Origin: the human T2T-CHM13v2.0 reference genome, Homo sapiens
Assembly: GCF_009914755.1 (NCBI RefSeq)
Contig: NC_060933.1
Length of the DNA: 64,000 nt
Strand: one strand, 5' to 3'
Within the stretch, counting starts at the first letter, position 1; each line of letters begins with the position of its first letter. Made by a program: the position numbers and the translations under genes. The notes under the pieces are model-generated. The model did no database searches. It was not told the origin of the DNA and saw nothing but the letters and a program-made list of their open reading frames with translations. Below, in pieces: positions 1-12,823 of this stretch.

Positions 1-667
1 ACAAATATAGAAACCAAATGGCTGATGGCTATCCTAAGAAACAAAGGTGATTTATTCTACCACTGCCAGTGGGCAGCAGTAAATGCCAGTCATTCCAATC
101 ACTCCCATACAACCTGGCTCTTGGCTGGGCACAGATACATGAAAGGCAGCAACAGCAATGCTAAGGGGAATCAAGAGTTACACCCACATTTGCCATCTTA
201 ACCAAATATATTCACAAAGGGGGCCATTGAGTGTGACGTATGAAGACAAAATACCAGCCTTACTGAGAGCCATGAAAAGGCCTTTTGCAAACGATGTATT
301 CTGGAGTACAGGTAGCATCTGAATTTTATTATAGACCCAATCACATCTCTATATTTCATGTTTATTTCTGGTTGTTGAGAAATTCCCAAGTTCTTTTTTC
401 TTACCCACCAGAAAGGTTGTAGACATCATCAGGTATGTCCCCTTCTTCTCCTGGGGTCCCATTATACAAGATGGCACACTGGAACATCACACAACCCACC
501 AGCCACCACTTCAGTAGCTTGCAGGGCTTTTATGCCTGTCTATTCATCTTTGCAAACATTTTTTAAGGCCCACCCTCTGTCAGGCTCTGTTTTAGGTACT
601 AGTGTAATGTGACAGAGAACAAGGAAAATACAGATCATTGATGCCTATATTGTTTCTGCATCTTTTT

Positions 668-793
668 ATCATGCCACCATACTCAGGCTTAGGCATCACA
701 GTAAGATCCTGTCTCAAAAAAAAAATTAATAAAAACAATACAAGCTAAGAGATATAAGAAGCCTAAAGAAAGAAATACCGAGTTTGTTAAAAG
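668..793 (+). repeat. Local duplicate of 2692-2816 (AluJ 3' end + A-tail + unique 3' flank)
   Basis: ATCATGCCACCA..GGCATCACAGTAAGATCCTGTCTC(A)nTTAATAAAAACAA..CTAAGAGATATAA..ACCGAGTTTGTTAAAAG occurs at both sites; about 12 substitutions and 1 indel in ~125 bp by eye. Confidence 0.9.
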
Positions 794-1050
794 AACTCTG
801 CCTATATCTGACAAGTTAGTAACACTTACTAACTTTTTAATTATGCAATGTTTGAAATATGCAAGAAGATATAAAGAAAAATGTAACAAACAATCATGTA
901 CCCATCCCTCTTGAATTCCATATCCTATTTCTTCCCACCTTGACCCCACTGAATTAATGTGTATTAGGTCTGTGCACTTCTTTATACTTTTACTACATAG
1001 CCACATATCCCTAAGCAATATGTGGCTTGACATGTTTTTAAATTGTATAT

Positions 1051-1407
1051 TGATATGGTTTGGCTGTGTCCCCTCCCAAATCTCAACTTGAATTGTATCT
1101 CCCAGAATTCCCACATGTTGTGGGAGGTACCCAGGGGGAGGTAATTGAATCATGGGGGCTGGTCTTTCCCGTGCCATTCTCATGATAGTGAATTAAGTCT
1201 CACGTGCTCTGATGGGCTTATCAGGGGTTGCCACTTTTGCTTCTTCCTCATTTTTTCTCTTGCCACTGCCATGTAAGAAGTGCCTTTTGCCTCCCGCAAT
1301 GATTCTGAGGCCTCCCCAGCCATGTGGAACTATAAGCCCAATTAAACCTCTTTTTCTTCCCAGTCTTGGATATGTCTTTATCAGCAGCATGAAAACAGAC
1401 TAATATA
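1051..1407 (+). mobile_element. THE1A-type MaLR solo LTR
   Basis: Starts TGATATGGTTTGGCTGTGTCCC, ends CAGCATGAAAACAGACTAATA; THE1A-like internal GGGCTTATCAGGGGTT..GCTTCTTCCTCATT; TATAT flanks both ends. Confidence 0.9.
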
Positions 1408-1699
1408 TATATACATCAGTGTGTTTTAAATAGGTGTTTTTAAAAACTTACCTAATGTTGTGATAAGCAACTACCTCTGACTATATCAGAAACCTCAACA
1501 ATTTACCAAGTTTGCTGATAAAAATATATTTTTCTTTTACTCACCACCCAACTGACATATAAAGGATATAAATTTAAATATTGCATAGATTATATATGTG
1601 CATGTAGACAGCAGACAGAGTTCACAGCTAGAATAATAAAAAAGAAGTTCAGTGTGTTCCATAATCATTAAAAATATTGAAGGAGGAACTTGGAAATCA

Positions 1700-2420
1700 C
1701 TTGTATACATGGGGGCATTTTTCTAAAATAAACTTTAAATTAGAATTTTTGAATGCTGCAAAATATACAAAAAGGTTTACCATGGAAAGTAAGCCTCCTC
1801 CTGCCCTCACCCACAAGCCACCCAGTAGTAACCTGCCCATAGGTAACCAATGTAACTTCTTATGTATATATCCAGAAATATTCCACATAGACAAGCAACC
1901 ATGAATATATTAATATTTTGTCCTCTTTTTAATATAAATGGTAGCATCTTGCTATTTTCATTTGATAGTATAGTTTATAGACCTTTTTATATTGATGCAT
2001 ATGAGCTGCCTTGTTCTTTTTAATGGCCGCATCCATTGTATAGGTGTGCCATGCTTGATTTAGCCTATCTCGTTTATGGAGAGGTTGTTTTCAAATCATT
2101 TGAAACAAACAGTGCTGCTGTGAAGCCTCCCTGTATACATTTCACAATGTTCAAGAATATCCACAACACAAAACCTAGAAATGGAAATGTTGAGTCAGAG
2201 AGAGAGAGGTAGATAGAAATAACATATTTTGGTAGCTATTACAAAAGTGTAATAGAAGTTACACAATTTAACTCCCACCAGACATTTATAAAAGCATCTT
2301 TTTCCCCACTGCTTTTGCCAATGTAATGCACCATGTATTATGTTCATCAAACTACATGGTAAATGGTATCTCAAGGAGGTTTTAATTTATGAATTTGTTT
2401 TAAATGCTTAACAAATTCTG
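1700..2420 (-). mobile_element. Old L1M (L1ME-like) 3'-region fragment, antisense; related fragment at ~820-1050
   Basis: Degenerate antisense L1M motifs (AATGGCCGCATCCATTGTATAG..ACCTAGAAATGGAAATGTTGAGTCAG..ACTCCCACCAG..AATGGTATCTC). Confidence 0.6.
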
Positions 2421-2427
2421 AATTTTA

Positions 2428-2900
<473 letters not shown>

Positions 2901-3189
2901 TTACAATATTGCCCAACCTCTTATATAAACTAATTCAGATTGTTGACACGCATACACACTTTATAAAAACTCAGGACGTGTTCTCACATACAGAGAGAAC
3001 CATCCAGCACTGCTCTGAAGTTCAACTACTCAGAAATATCAACACTATAGATGAGTGGCTGATTTAGGCTGTATAGCATTCCTGGACTTAACTGGTGAAA
3101 AAGATGAAGAAAGGAAGATGAAGGGCAAATTAAGGGTAAAAGAAAGTGGTTCTTCTCAATGTCACACACACCCTCATTGACCCCATGAT

Positions 3190-3516
3190 TGTCCTGTCCT
3201 TCACATCAACAGTGGGGGTGGATCCTGTGGATACCAAGATCCATGACTGTTCATGTACCTGACATAGGATGGCATAGTATTTTCATATAATTTGTGGACA
3301 TCCTCACACAGACTTTAAAACATCTCTAGATTCCTTATAGTGCTTAATATAATGTAAATGCTATGTAAATAGTTGTTATACAGCATTGTTTAGGAAATAA
3401 TGACAAGAAAAAAAGTCTGTACTGTTCACCACAAAGGCAATTTTTTTCTGAGTATTTTTTATCCGCGGTTGGTTGGCTCCACAGATGCAGAACCCATGGG
3501 TATGGAGGGCTAACTG
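3190..3516 (+). mobile_element. MER2 (TcMar-Tigger) non-autonomous DNA transposon
   Basis: AATGTAAATGCTATGTAAATAGTTGTTATAC..AATAATGACAAGAAAAAAAGTCTGTAC..CCGCGGTTGGTTG..ATGGAGGGCTAACTG followed by TA. Confidence 0.85.
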
Positions 3517-3518
3517 TA

Positions 3519-3740
3519 TTCTTGAAATTTCCTAAGACCTGATCTTGAGTGTTCTCACCACAAAAAATTGTAACTATGTGAGATGATGAGTATGTTATCT
3601 TTATTGTGGTAATCACTTCACCATGTATACATATATCAAAACATCACATTGTACACTTCAAACATATATAATTGTTATTCCTCAAGTATACCTCAATAAA
3701 GCTGAAAAAGTAAATAAAATAAGTAACCATGAAAAAAATA
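3519..3740 (+). mobile_element. L1MA/MB-type 3' UTR end fragment
   Basis: GATCTTGAGTGTTCTCACCACAAAAAA..GTGGTAATCACTTCAC..ATCAAAACATCACATTGTACAC..CTCAATAAAGCTG with A-rich tail. Confidence 0.8.
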
Positions 3741-5119
3741 AAATGAGCATATTACCTCTCAAAAAAAAAAAAAAAAAAAAAAACAGGAGCTGGGTCACCT
3801 AGATTCTGAAACAGGGCTTGGCTCAAGTGAATCCTGTCAAGTTGCTTGAGCCCCTTGGCCACTGGCTCCTTGTCTATTAAAATGAAAAGATTGAAGTGGA
3901 TTTTTAAGGTCCTTCCCAGATGAAAGACACCACTGGAACTACTGATTAATAGATGATAAGTGGCTTTTCCAAGAATGAAAATGGACAGGGGCTTCGCTCA
4001 CCTTCATTCTAACATGCATTTGCTGGACACAAAGCTATAGCTGGACACAAGGTCAGTAACCACTGAAGCCAAAGAACAGAGATTTCTACAAGCATTAAGT
4101 AAAGGTACTGTAACCCCAGGATCTGGCCAAAGAGTCCATTGACAGGCATATCTGTTGGATCACATACCATGACTGAGAGGGATGAGACAAAACAATCTGA
4201 AATCTGGTATCAATAAGGCCGATGAGGATTAAAATCAGTGGGACAAGAAATTTACTCAGCTCAAGACCCTTGCAATGGTACTGGGTATTGCATGTCTAAT
4301 TACACCTACCATAAAGCCGAAGAGAAAACCTCCACTAAATGAGCTTCCTTCCACATCATCAGCTACAAAGCCTGTGACAGGCGGACTGGTCCTAAGGATG
4401 CCCTGCAGAGGTGTACATCCACAGAAATGAAAAGCAAGGAGATTCAGAAAACAAGAAGAGTACATCTACAAACTCAAAAGCCAGCAAAATGCAAGTCATC
4501 AGAAAATATCCAAATCAAGATACAGGCATAATGGTCATTTTTATCAAATACAGAAATTCCATCAGCCAAAAAACAGACACTAAATGAAAAAAGGGACTTG
4601 GTGCAGAAAAAAAATTAAAGAAACAAAACTGAAGACCTAAAATAAGAAGGTAGTCAGTTGGCCAAGCACCATTTTCTACTTATGAATTAATTACTCATTT
4701 GCTTAATACATGTTTATTATTCTAGACATTTTGTTATACTCAGCTACCTTTCTGCCACCTGTTCATCAAGTTATTTTATTGTTCATTAATTGGACCCACC
4801 CAATAGAGTAAACAGAGAGAAAAATTAAAACTCCTGGAAGTTGATCTTACTCATGTAAGTAACAACAGTAAAAGGCTGTGTGACATCATGCAAGAGGCAG
4901 GAAGAGGAAAAACTGAAATTGAGTCTTGTAGAGAATCAATAGATTCCATTTGTCCATCACTTAAGAGCCTGTGTGGCTGTTAACTCCACTGACACTCCCC
5001 AGAACTCTGGCCATTTGACCTGGCCTTAACGTCCCACCAAGCATCTGGCTTGTTCACTTCCAACTTCCTAGCCCGGCCTCCTGAATTCTGACTCCCCACC
5101 TGGAGCAGGTACCCACAAG

Positions 5120-6039
5120 CAGACACATCTGCTACCATGACTCACATGCTCTCAGCCTTACCCCTAATTTCAGCCATGTCTGGGTGGACCATTGTGTGGA
5201 GGTTTCAGCTCACTTCAAGATGATAATATCTTACATGTACCTCGCAGCCTCGGTTCTCCCCAGGGGCGTCCCCAAGACCACAGAGGCTACTGAGAGATGC
5301 CTAGGCCTGTGCACATGCACAGTTCACAAGTGCAGGAGAATGAACACTCTCAGGGCCCACACTCAACCAACAGGGGAGAGAAACTGATGGCAAACGCTGC
5401 CCTGGCCTCCTGGCCTCAGGGCTGACAATTCTGAAGCCTCCTCAGAAGTCAGCTGGGTTGAACTGCCATGGCCCACAGCAGTGACCTCAACCATGCATCC
5501 GTCTTAGTCGGCTCAGGCTGCCATAACAAAATATGACAGACTGGGTGGCTCAAACAGCAGAAATTTACTTTCTCACAGTTCTGGAGACTAGGAGTCCAGG
5601 GTCAAGGAGCCAGTAGGATGGGGGCCTGGCCAGGGCCCTCGGTTGTCTTGCAGACAGCTGCCTTCTCACTCTGTCCTCACATAGCCTTGCCTCAGTGCAT
5701 GCGCACTGGAGAAGAGAAAGAGGACAAGCTCTCTGGTGTCTCTTCTTATGCGGACATTAATTCCATCGGGCAGGGCCCCACCCTCAGGACCTCATTTAAC
5801 CTTAATTACTTCCTTAGAGGCTCCACATTGAGGAGTTATGACTCAACATATCAGTTTGCTGGGGACACAAACATCTAGTCCATAACAGCATCCTTACTCC
5901 TTCCCTGCCTCAGTTCTACTCTTTCCCTGCCTCAGTATCCCCACTCCCTCACTCTTGCTTCCTGGAATCACCTCCCAAATAAATCACCTGCACATAAGGC
6001 TTCTTCTTGGGCCCTGCTTTCAAGATCCCAGCTAAAACA
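5120..6039 (+). mobile_element. LTR16-like ERVL LTR, interrupted by MLT1A
   Basis: GACAATTCTGA..GCCCACAGCAGTGACC before the insertion; CTTCCTGGAATCACCTCCCAAATAAATCACCTGCAC..CAGCTAAAACA after it. Confidence 0.7.
5500..5887 (-). mobile_element. MLT1A-type MaLR solo LTR
   Basis: GTCTTAGTC..GGCTGCCATAACAAAATA..CAGACTGGGTGGC..TCTCACAGTTCTGGAG..GGGGACACAAACAT..GTCCATAACA; exact 5-bp TSD GCATC at 5495-5499 and 5888-5892. Confidence 0.9.
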
Positions 6040-6796
6040 GCACATCTCCTGACATGGTACTCTGATGCCACCTGGCCAGATGTTCTCTGCCAATCTAATA
6101 CTAATCCCTCTCCCCAAGCTCATCTTCTGTTCTCAACCCTCTCCCAATTTAACCCACCTATCATCTATACTTTAAGTTCACCATCAAGTTATTCAACACA
6201 TACATTCACTGGGTTCCTATTACAAGCCCAGATCCTAGTGCAAATGCCCATAGGTCCCAAGCAGTTAATGTGTCGGGGGTACAGGGCCAAGCGGAGCAAG
6301 ATCCCTTGTGTCCTGTGTCCAGTTCCATAATTTTCATTTAAAAATGGGAACTTTTTATTTTCATTGAAAAAGGGATCCGTTTTCATTTTGTCTCATTTAA
6401 CTTAACTTTGTTTTATAATGATGTAAAACATGTACATGGTTTCAAAGTCAAATATACCAAAAAGGTACATTCAGAAAAGACTAATTTCCATCCTTTCCAT
6501 CTGTTTTTCCCTTGCCCTTCATGGGTAACTTTATTAGATTTTTTTGTTTATTCTTCCACTTAAAAATATATAAGCAAAGTATCCCAATTTTTAAATGTTA
6601 GTAACTAATTTAAATCTATTTATTATACAATACAGATCACACCATCATCTTAGAGCTTCTAGTTTGACACATCTGTACACATTTCTGAGGAGGCAGCAGG
6701 AAAAAAAAAAACAGCCCCTGAGCTCTTGGAGTGTAGAGGTGGGGACAGCCAGGGTGAGAGGCACTTACCACACAGTGTGACAAGTGCACCAATAGG

Positions 6797-7210
6797 GTCA
6801 GAGGAAGAGCAATGGCCCCAAAGATGGCCATATCCTTATCCCTGCAACTCATGAATGCCCAAAGGAGAAGGAAAGTTGCAGCTGGGATTAAAGTTACTAA
6901 CCCAATTACCATGGATCATACACATAGGCCCAAAGTAATCACAGGGTCCTTAGACGTGGAAGAAGGGAACAGAGGAGTTCACAATCAGAGGGAAAATTTG
7001 AAGATGCTGGCTTTGAAGATGGAAGAAGGGGCCACAAGCCAAGGAATGCAAGTAACCTCTAGAAGCTGGAAAAGATAAGAGGTTCTCCCCTAGAGCTTCC
7101 AGAAGGAACACAGCCCTATTGACACTGTGATTTTTAGCCCACTGAGACCCACTAAGTTTCAAGCCACTAAGTTTATGGCAATTTGCTACAGCATCAGTGT
7201 AAAACTAACA
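6797..7210 (+). mobile_element. MLT1D-type MaLR solo LTR
   Basis: AATGGCCCCAAAGATG..GCTGGCTTTGAAGATGGAAGAAGGGGCCACAAGCCAAGGAATGCA..AAGCCACTAAGTTT..AAACTAACACA. Confidence 0.85.
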
Positions 7211-7422
7211 CATGGGATAAACCCAGGATGCCAGTCTTGAGGGAACACAGGGTATCAGGGAAGGCTTCCCAGGGAAGATGACATTTGGCTGAGTCCTAAA
7301 GGATGAACTGGGTTTGTGGGGTGGGAGGTCCAAGAAAAAGCAGCATATGAAAAGGCCTTGTGGTATTCAGGGAAGTTCAAGGCATTTAAAAGCAGCAAAA
7401 ATCTTAATTCCTTCAGGAATTT

Positions 7423-7425
<3 letters not shown>

Positions 7426-7454
<29 letters not shown>

Positions 7455-7734
7455 GAGATGGAGTCTCACTCTGTCATCCATGCTGGAGCGCAGTGGCACG
7501 ATCTCAGCTCATTGCAACCTCTGCTTCAGGGTTCAAGCAATTCTCCTGCCTCAGCCTCCCAAGTAACTGGGATTACAGGCACCTGCCACCACACCCAGCT
7601 AATTTTTGTATTTTTAGTAGAGATGGGTTTCGCCATGTTGGACAGTCTGGTCTCAAACTCCTGACTTCAAGTTATCCAACCACCTCAGACTCCCAAAGTG
7701 CTGGAATTACAGGAGTAAGCCACCAATGCCTGGC
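7426..7734 (-). mobile_element. AluS SINE
   Basis: Poly-T 7426-7454 then GAGATGGAGTCTCACTCTGTC..., full dimer; degenerate TSD AGGAATTTCCC / AGCAATTTCTC. Confidence 0.95.
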
Positions 7735-8317
7735 AGCAATTTCTCAAAGATTCTCTTAGGAATACTATTAGCCAACTCACTTCATTTTACAGAGCCTGAA
7801 TAAAAGACCTGGAGAAGTTGAAAAACCTGCAAAAGTTACACAGTCCTGGGTTTGTCTGTCTTCATTTGTGAAATAAGGAAGTTAGATTAGGTGAACCATA
7901 AGCCTATCCATGACTACTTAGCAGATAAACTCAGGTGTGCAAGAAATACAACAGTTCTCATTTTTGCCATATAAATCTGGCTCTGGTCCCCCATACCACC
8001 GGGCTGGAAGGAAATTTGATCTCAGTTATTACTGATGCATATACATGCCCTGTACCTTGGCCAAGGTTATGCCAAGGTCCTACGGTCTCTGAAGCATCTA
8101 AGCATCAAGGAGGCCCCTGGGGGTCTTATCCTCTAGTCCTCAATGATTACAGCTAAGATGCCCATTTTCCCAGCTGGCATCTCAGGTCCAGTGGTTCTGA
8201 TACCTTTAGGGTCCCATGCTCTGTGGCAAGGCTGGGAGTCCATATTCCTAGATCCATCCTCAGTGGAATTACTATGGTGCCATCTCCTCCATGGTACCAC
8301 CACATCCCTAGTACATT

Positions 8318-8331
8318 GTTTCCATGGTAAC
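8318..8331. promoter_or_regulatory. RFX X-box motif (candidate)
   Basis: GTTTCCATGGTAAC matches the palindromic RFX consensus GTTNCCATGGNAAC; lies in apparently unique sequence. Confidence 0.4.
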
Positions 8332-9028
8332 CGCTTTCCAGGTTCCTGGAATCTCCCTCCTCTTACTCCCCTCTGCATCTCAAAGGCTCTTATTTCCATC
8401 CATCAGGAACACTTGGAGATATCTCTTTCTAAGAGTTTCACCTTTCACAGAAGAAAGGAAGAGCTGCCATCTTCCAGCAATTTCGGCTGCCTCCCTAATC
8501 AGATCAGAGAGGAAAATAGGGAATAGAAGAAGACCACATGTTTATTCATTAATATCTCAATGAACTGTCCTGGCACACCTATGTTTCAGAAACAGGGATG
8601 ATAATTTTTTGTTTTCCCTCAATAGGGAACAACACTACTTCAGCATTTATGGCCATAAAATTGACTTCATTAAAAAATATTATCCCCAAAATAATAATAA
8701 TCTCTCAGTATTATATAATCCAAACACATGGTCATGTCTCCTTGGTGGTTGGCAAGCCACAGAAATACCCTAATCTTGCTAGATTGCAAAAGAAGGATGC
8801 AAAAATTGCACCATGATGTTCTGGGGATTCTCTGATAGCAAAGAGAAGGAAAGGAAATTAGAATACCAGAATGGGGGGACTCAGAGCCAATCAGCAAGCA
8901 TTTTGTTCTGAGGATTTTTCTATCTTGCTCAAGATGTTGTTAACATTACATACTGAAATACTCAGGATTCCTTGTTGGTAAAACAATAGTTTCTCCCTGT
9001 CTCTCAAAATAATAATGATAATAATGAT

Positions 9029-9402
9029 TGTATTAGTCTATTCTCATGCTACTAATAAAGACATATGTGAGACTGGGTAATTTATAAAGGAAAGAGGTTT
9101 AATTGACTCACAGTTCCACAGGACTGGGAAGGCCTCAGGAAACTTATAATCATGGCAGAAGGGGAAGCAAACACATCCTTCTTCACATAGTGGCAGAAAA
9201 AAGAATGAGTAAAAGGGTGGAAAGCCCCTCACAAAGCCATCAGATCTCACGAGAACTCACTCACTATCATGAGAACAGTAGCATAGGGGTAAACGCCCCC
9301 ATGATTCAATTACCTCCCACCAGGTCCCTCCCACAACACATGGGGATTATGGGAACTACAATTCAAGATGAGATTTGGGTGGGACACAGCCAAACCATAT
9401 CA
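9029..9402 (-). mobile_element. THE1C/D-type MaLR solo LTR
   Basis: TGTATTAGTC..GAGACTGGGTAATTTATAAAGGAAAGAGGTTTAATTGACTCACAGTTCC..GACACAGCCAAACCATATCA. Confidence 0.92.
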
Positions 9403-9535
9403 GTAATAATAATAACCATTTTGCTCTTGCCAAGAAGATCTATTCCAGCCTAGAAAGAAAGTGCTCTGCCCACCCCACATTCAGAATCAGTGCAACATTA
9501 TTGACAAAGCAGCTCATCTCTGGTAGAATGCTTAC

Positions 9536-9607
9536 CTGCTGCCCACCCCATAAAGAAATTGGGCCCTTGCCCATTGATGGCCAGTGTGTCATCTGAATTT
9601 TTACCTT
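9536..9607 (-). other. Candidate 72-nt cassette exon (unverified)
   Basis: Minus strand: TGTTCTCTCCTTGCCCTGCCTGGCAG| ... CAGCAG|GTAAGC; length divisible by 3; two frames open. Confidence 0.25.
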
Positions 9608-10484
9608 CTGCCAGGCAGGGCAAGGAGAGAACATGTCATCTGACATGTAGACACCTCTTCCTGGTCACTACATCTCATAAGAATTGATTCAGCCTCTTCC
9701 TCCTGTTCCTCCCAGCCCTGCTGCCATCCCTCTTGTTTCAGGATTCCTGAGCTTTTCCCTGACACTTGGCATATCTGTCCAAGTACCCAACTCTAACTGT
9801 ACACACCCCCTGCATGAATGATCATTATTCACTGGCAACAAAGGCCATCAGACTTCCTGCCATCACCTTGCCAGGAGCAGCCACCACTCTTTGAACTTCA
9901 TATTGGAGCATTCCCATTGTTAATGCTGACGGTAAGCCTCATGAATTATTTAACAGCTTCTTTATCTGGGCTGGCAAAGAACGGTGTGTTCTGATCAGAG
10001 GCTGTAGTGTCCTGATCAAACAGGACTCATTCACCCACTGCCTTCCAAATTCTCTATGAGTACCAGCAGTCGCCTCCAGATATAAGCCCAAATCCATGGT
10101 CACAGCTGCTGGTTCAGGAACCAGCAATCTATCCCAAGGGGGCCAGCTAGGTTCTGGCTCATGCACTGTCCCATTAGATGGTGGACGATGGTAAGGGTCA
10201 CCATCACCCCTCTTTGCTCTAACAGCAAATCCTCTCACTCTCCCAAAAGGTCCCGAATCACAGTGCTTAGCACTTCCTGAGGAGGGAAGATGCAAAAAGT
10301 TGAAGCAAGCTCCCCAAACACACCTCAATCTGATCGAAACCCATGATCAGTGTCAGAGAGGCAATTTAATGACCTACAACTCTTTCTGGTGGACACCTCG
10401 TTCCTGGGTTGTGGGTTTTCATTCACTGTGAGAGGGTCTCTCCCACTTGGACATTTAAACTGGTCAAAGATTATTGAGGTTCCT

Positions 10485-10827
<343 letters not shown>

Positions 10828-11053
10828 CTAGCAGCTCCTAGGGAATCTTTTAAGCTGAACTGGCCCTTCATTCTGTATTTTACACACATCATCCATTCGA
10901 TCTCACCAACAATATGTGAGGTTCACAGGGCAACACAGAGATGAACCATATTTTACAGATGAGGAAACTGTCATGACCCCAGGAGTGCGCAGCAAGTCCA
11001 CGACAGCCGTGTCCTGACTCCGGTCCCAGTGCTCTTCCCAGAACTCTAGTCCC

Positions 11054-11195
11054 AGGCAGGTGCAGTGGCTCATGCCTGTAAGCTCAGAATTTTGGGAGGC
11101 CGAGGCAGGAGGATCACTTGAACCCAGGAGTTTGAGACCAGCTTGGGGCAACACAGAGAGACCCTGTATCTTGTTAATAAATAAATAAATAACAA
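11054..11195 (+). mobile_element. FLAM-type free left Alu monomer, next to a MIR (~10890-11040)
   Basis: Single Alu arm with GGAGGATCACTTGAACCCAGGAGTTTGAGACC and (TAAA)n tail; TSD AACTCTAGTCCC / AACTCCAGTCCC. Confidence 0.88.
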
Positions 11196-12734
11196 AACTC
11201 CAGTCCCCCTTCTTTCCTTCCTCTGTCTTCCTTCTCCAGCACAGATACCACACAAATCCTTCTCCAAAGTACAGAAAAACACCAGGCCTTTTGATTTTCC
11301 TTTGTTTTTCATTTTTCCAGATTTCTGTACAATTTACATTCTCTATATGCCTGAATTTCTTGGAGAGGGCAAATCTGCACATAACTCACAGAAATAAAGG
11401 TGATATAAAAATCATATAAGAACCTAACAGTGGGACCTGTATACATGCTATACCCTGCCAGCCAGCTACGTCCGCTGCACTGAAATTAAATCTCTCAGCT
11501 TTAAAGTCAGTAGATAATAGGGAAGAAAGTACTAGAAACTATTGTTTATTTTCCATTGAATCAATTGGAGCTGTATCCAACTCATTAAAAAAAATTTAAT
11601 TTGAGAAAGTCTTAATCATGAGCTTTAAACTGATCAACAACAAAACTCACAATTAGGCTCTTTAGATAAATCAGGAAGTGCCTGCAAGGACCCATCTACT
11701 TAGACTGTTCTGGGACTTTCAACAAGAAGTAGTTACCACTTGGAATTTCCTCATCTCCGTTCACATCCACCAACAGCTGGGCTTCCTGCAGCACCTGGGT
11801 TCATCAATACCCCATAACAACATGAGCACCATGAGCATCCAGTCCAAGGGGAGAACAAAAAGGAACAAAATAAGAGAAGACAAGCATTGCTATCAGGACT
11901 CTGGAATTCAGTCTGGCCCCTAGTAGCCTTCCCTGTAACTACCAAGGGATCCCCGAGGGAAGCAGAACTCCTGTCTAGGAAATTACCATGATCAGTAGAG
12001 GTGGGTTAGGTTTTTCTGCATTTTACTTCTTCAAGAATTTGCATTTTGGTTTAGGGCAAATACATCAAAAAGACATGATGCTCTTCTTCTGGCAACAAAG
12101 ACTGCCTACCAGGGTGGGAAAACTGTTTTGTTTCAAATTTCTGCTGTAAACAGAAAGGCTAGAAAGCCGAGTTCCACGATCTCGCTAAGCCCAAAGTCCC
12201 AGGTTTCAGTTGCACCTTTTTTGCTACACATTTCTAAGAAAGGAATCTCAGTATGTTCATCAGGAAAAATAGCAAATTTAAACGCCATGTGCTGAGCGTT
12301 TGCCTAACAGACGCTGCATTCCACCAAGTCACTCTCTCAGAGCCAACCTTTCTAGGTACCCTAGAAAAGACTGTGAAGGAAATGTGTACCAGCTGGTGCA
12401 GGCAAATAATGAGAGCTGGAAACAGTGCCTGGAGGTGTATCATTTCAAAACAGACCTCTGCCATGTTGAACTTTAACTGTGATTCCCTGTGAGCAGTTTA
12501 GAATTCGGCAATTCCAACATCTTTCTACCTTCTTGCACCTGTGTATAGGTCATGTGTGGGAGGTTAACTACAAAAGGTCCAGTTGCTCGGTAAGTAAGGC
12601 AAAGATGGTGAATGTTTGGGAGAATGTTTAAAATAGTACAATCTGGAACACCCAAAAAGATGCTGGTTCTGCCGAAATAAACAAGAGGAGCTAGAAATAT
12701 CACATTGCACATCGACAGGCAAGGCTCCACCTAC

Positions 12735-12823
12735 CTTTTCCCTCACTGCAAATAAGTAACAGACACCCAGACCTAGGTCTGACAGAGGAACTGTCAGCCT
12801 TGCATCTTAATATTGAGCAGGCT
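12735..12823 (-). other. Candidate 89-nt exon (unverified)
   Basis: Minus strand: GATTAAC..ATTCTTTTGATTGTTTTAAG| ... GAAAAG|GTAGGT. Confidence 0.25.

Noticed and set aside
689-1183. 164-aa minus-strand ORF
   Set aside because: It runs across a THE1A LTR, L1 debris and an Alu-end duplicate; a chance fusion with no coherent protein.
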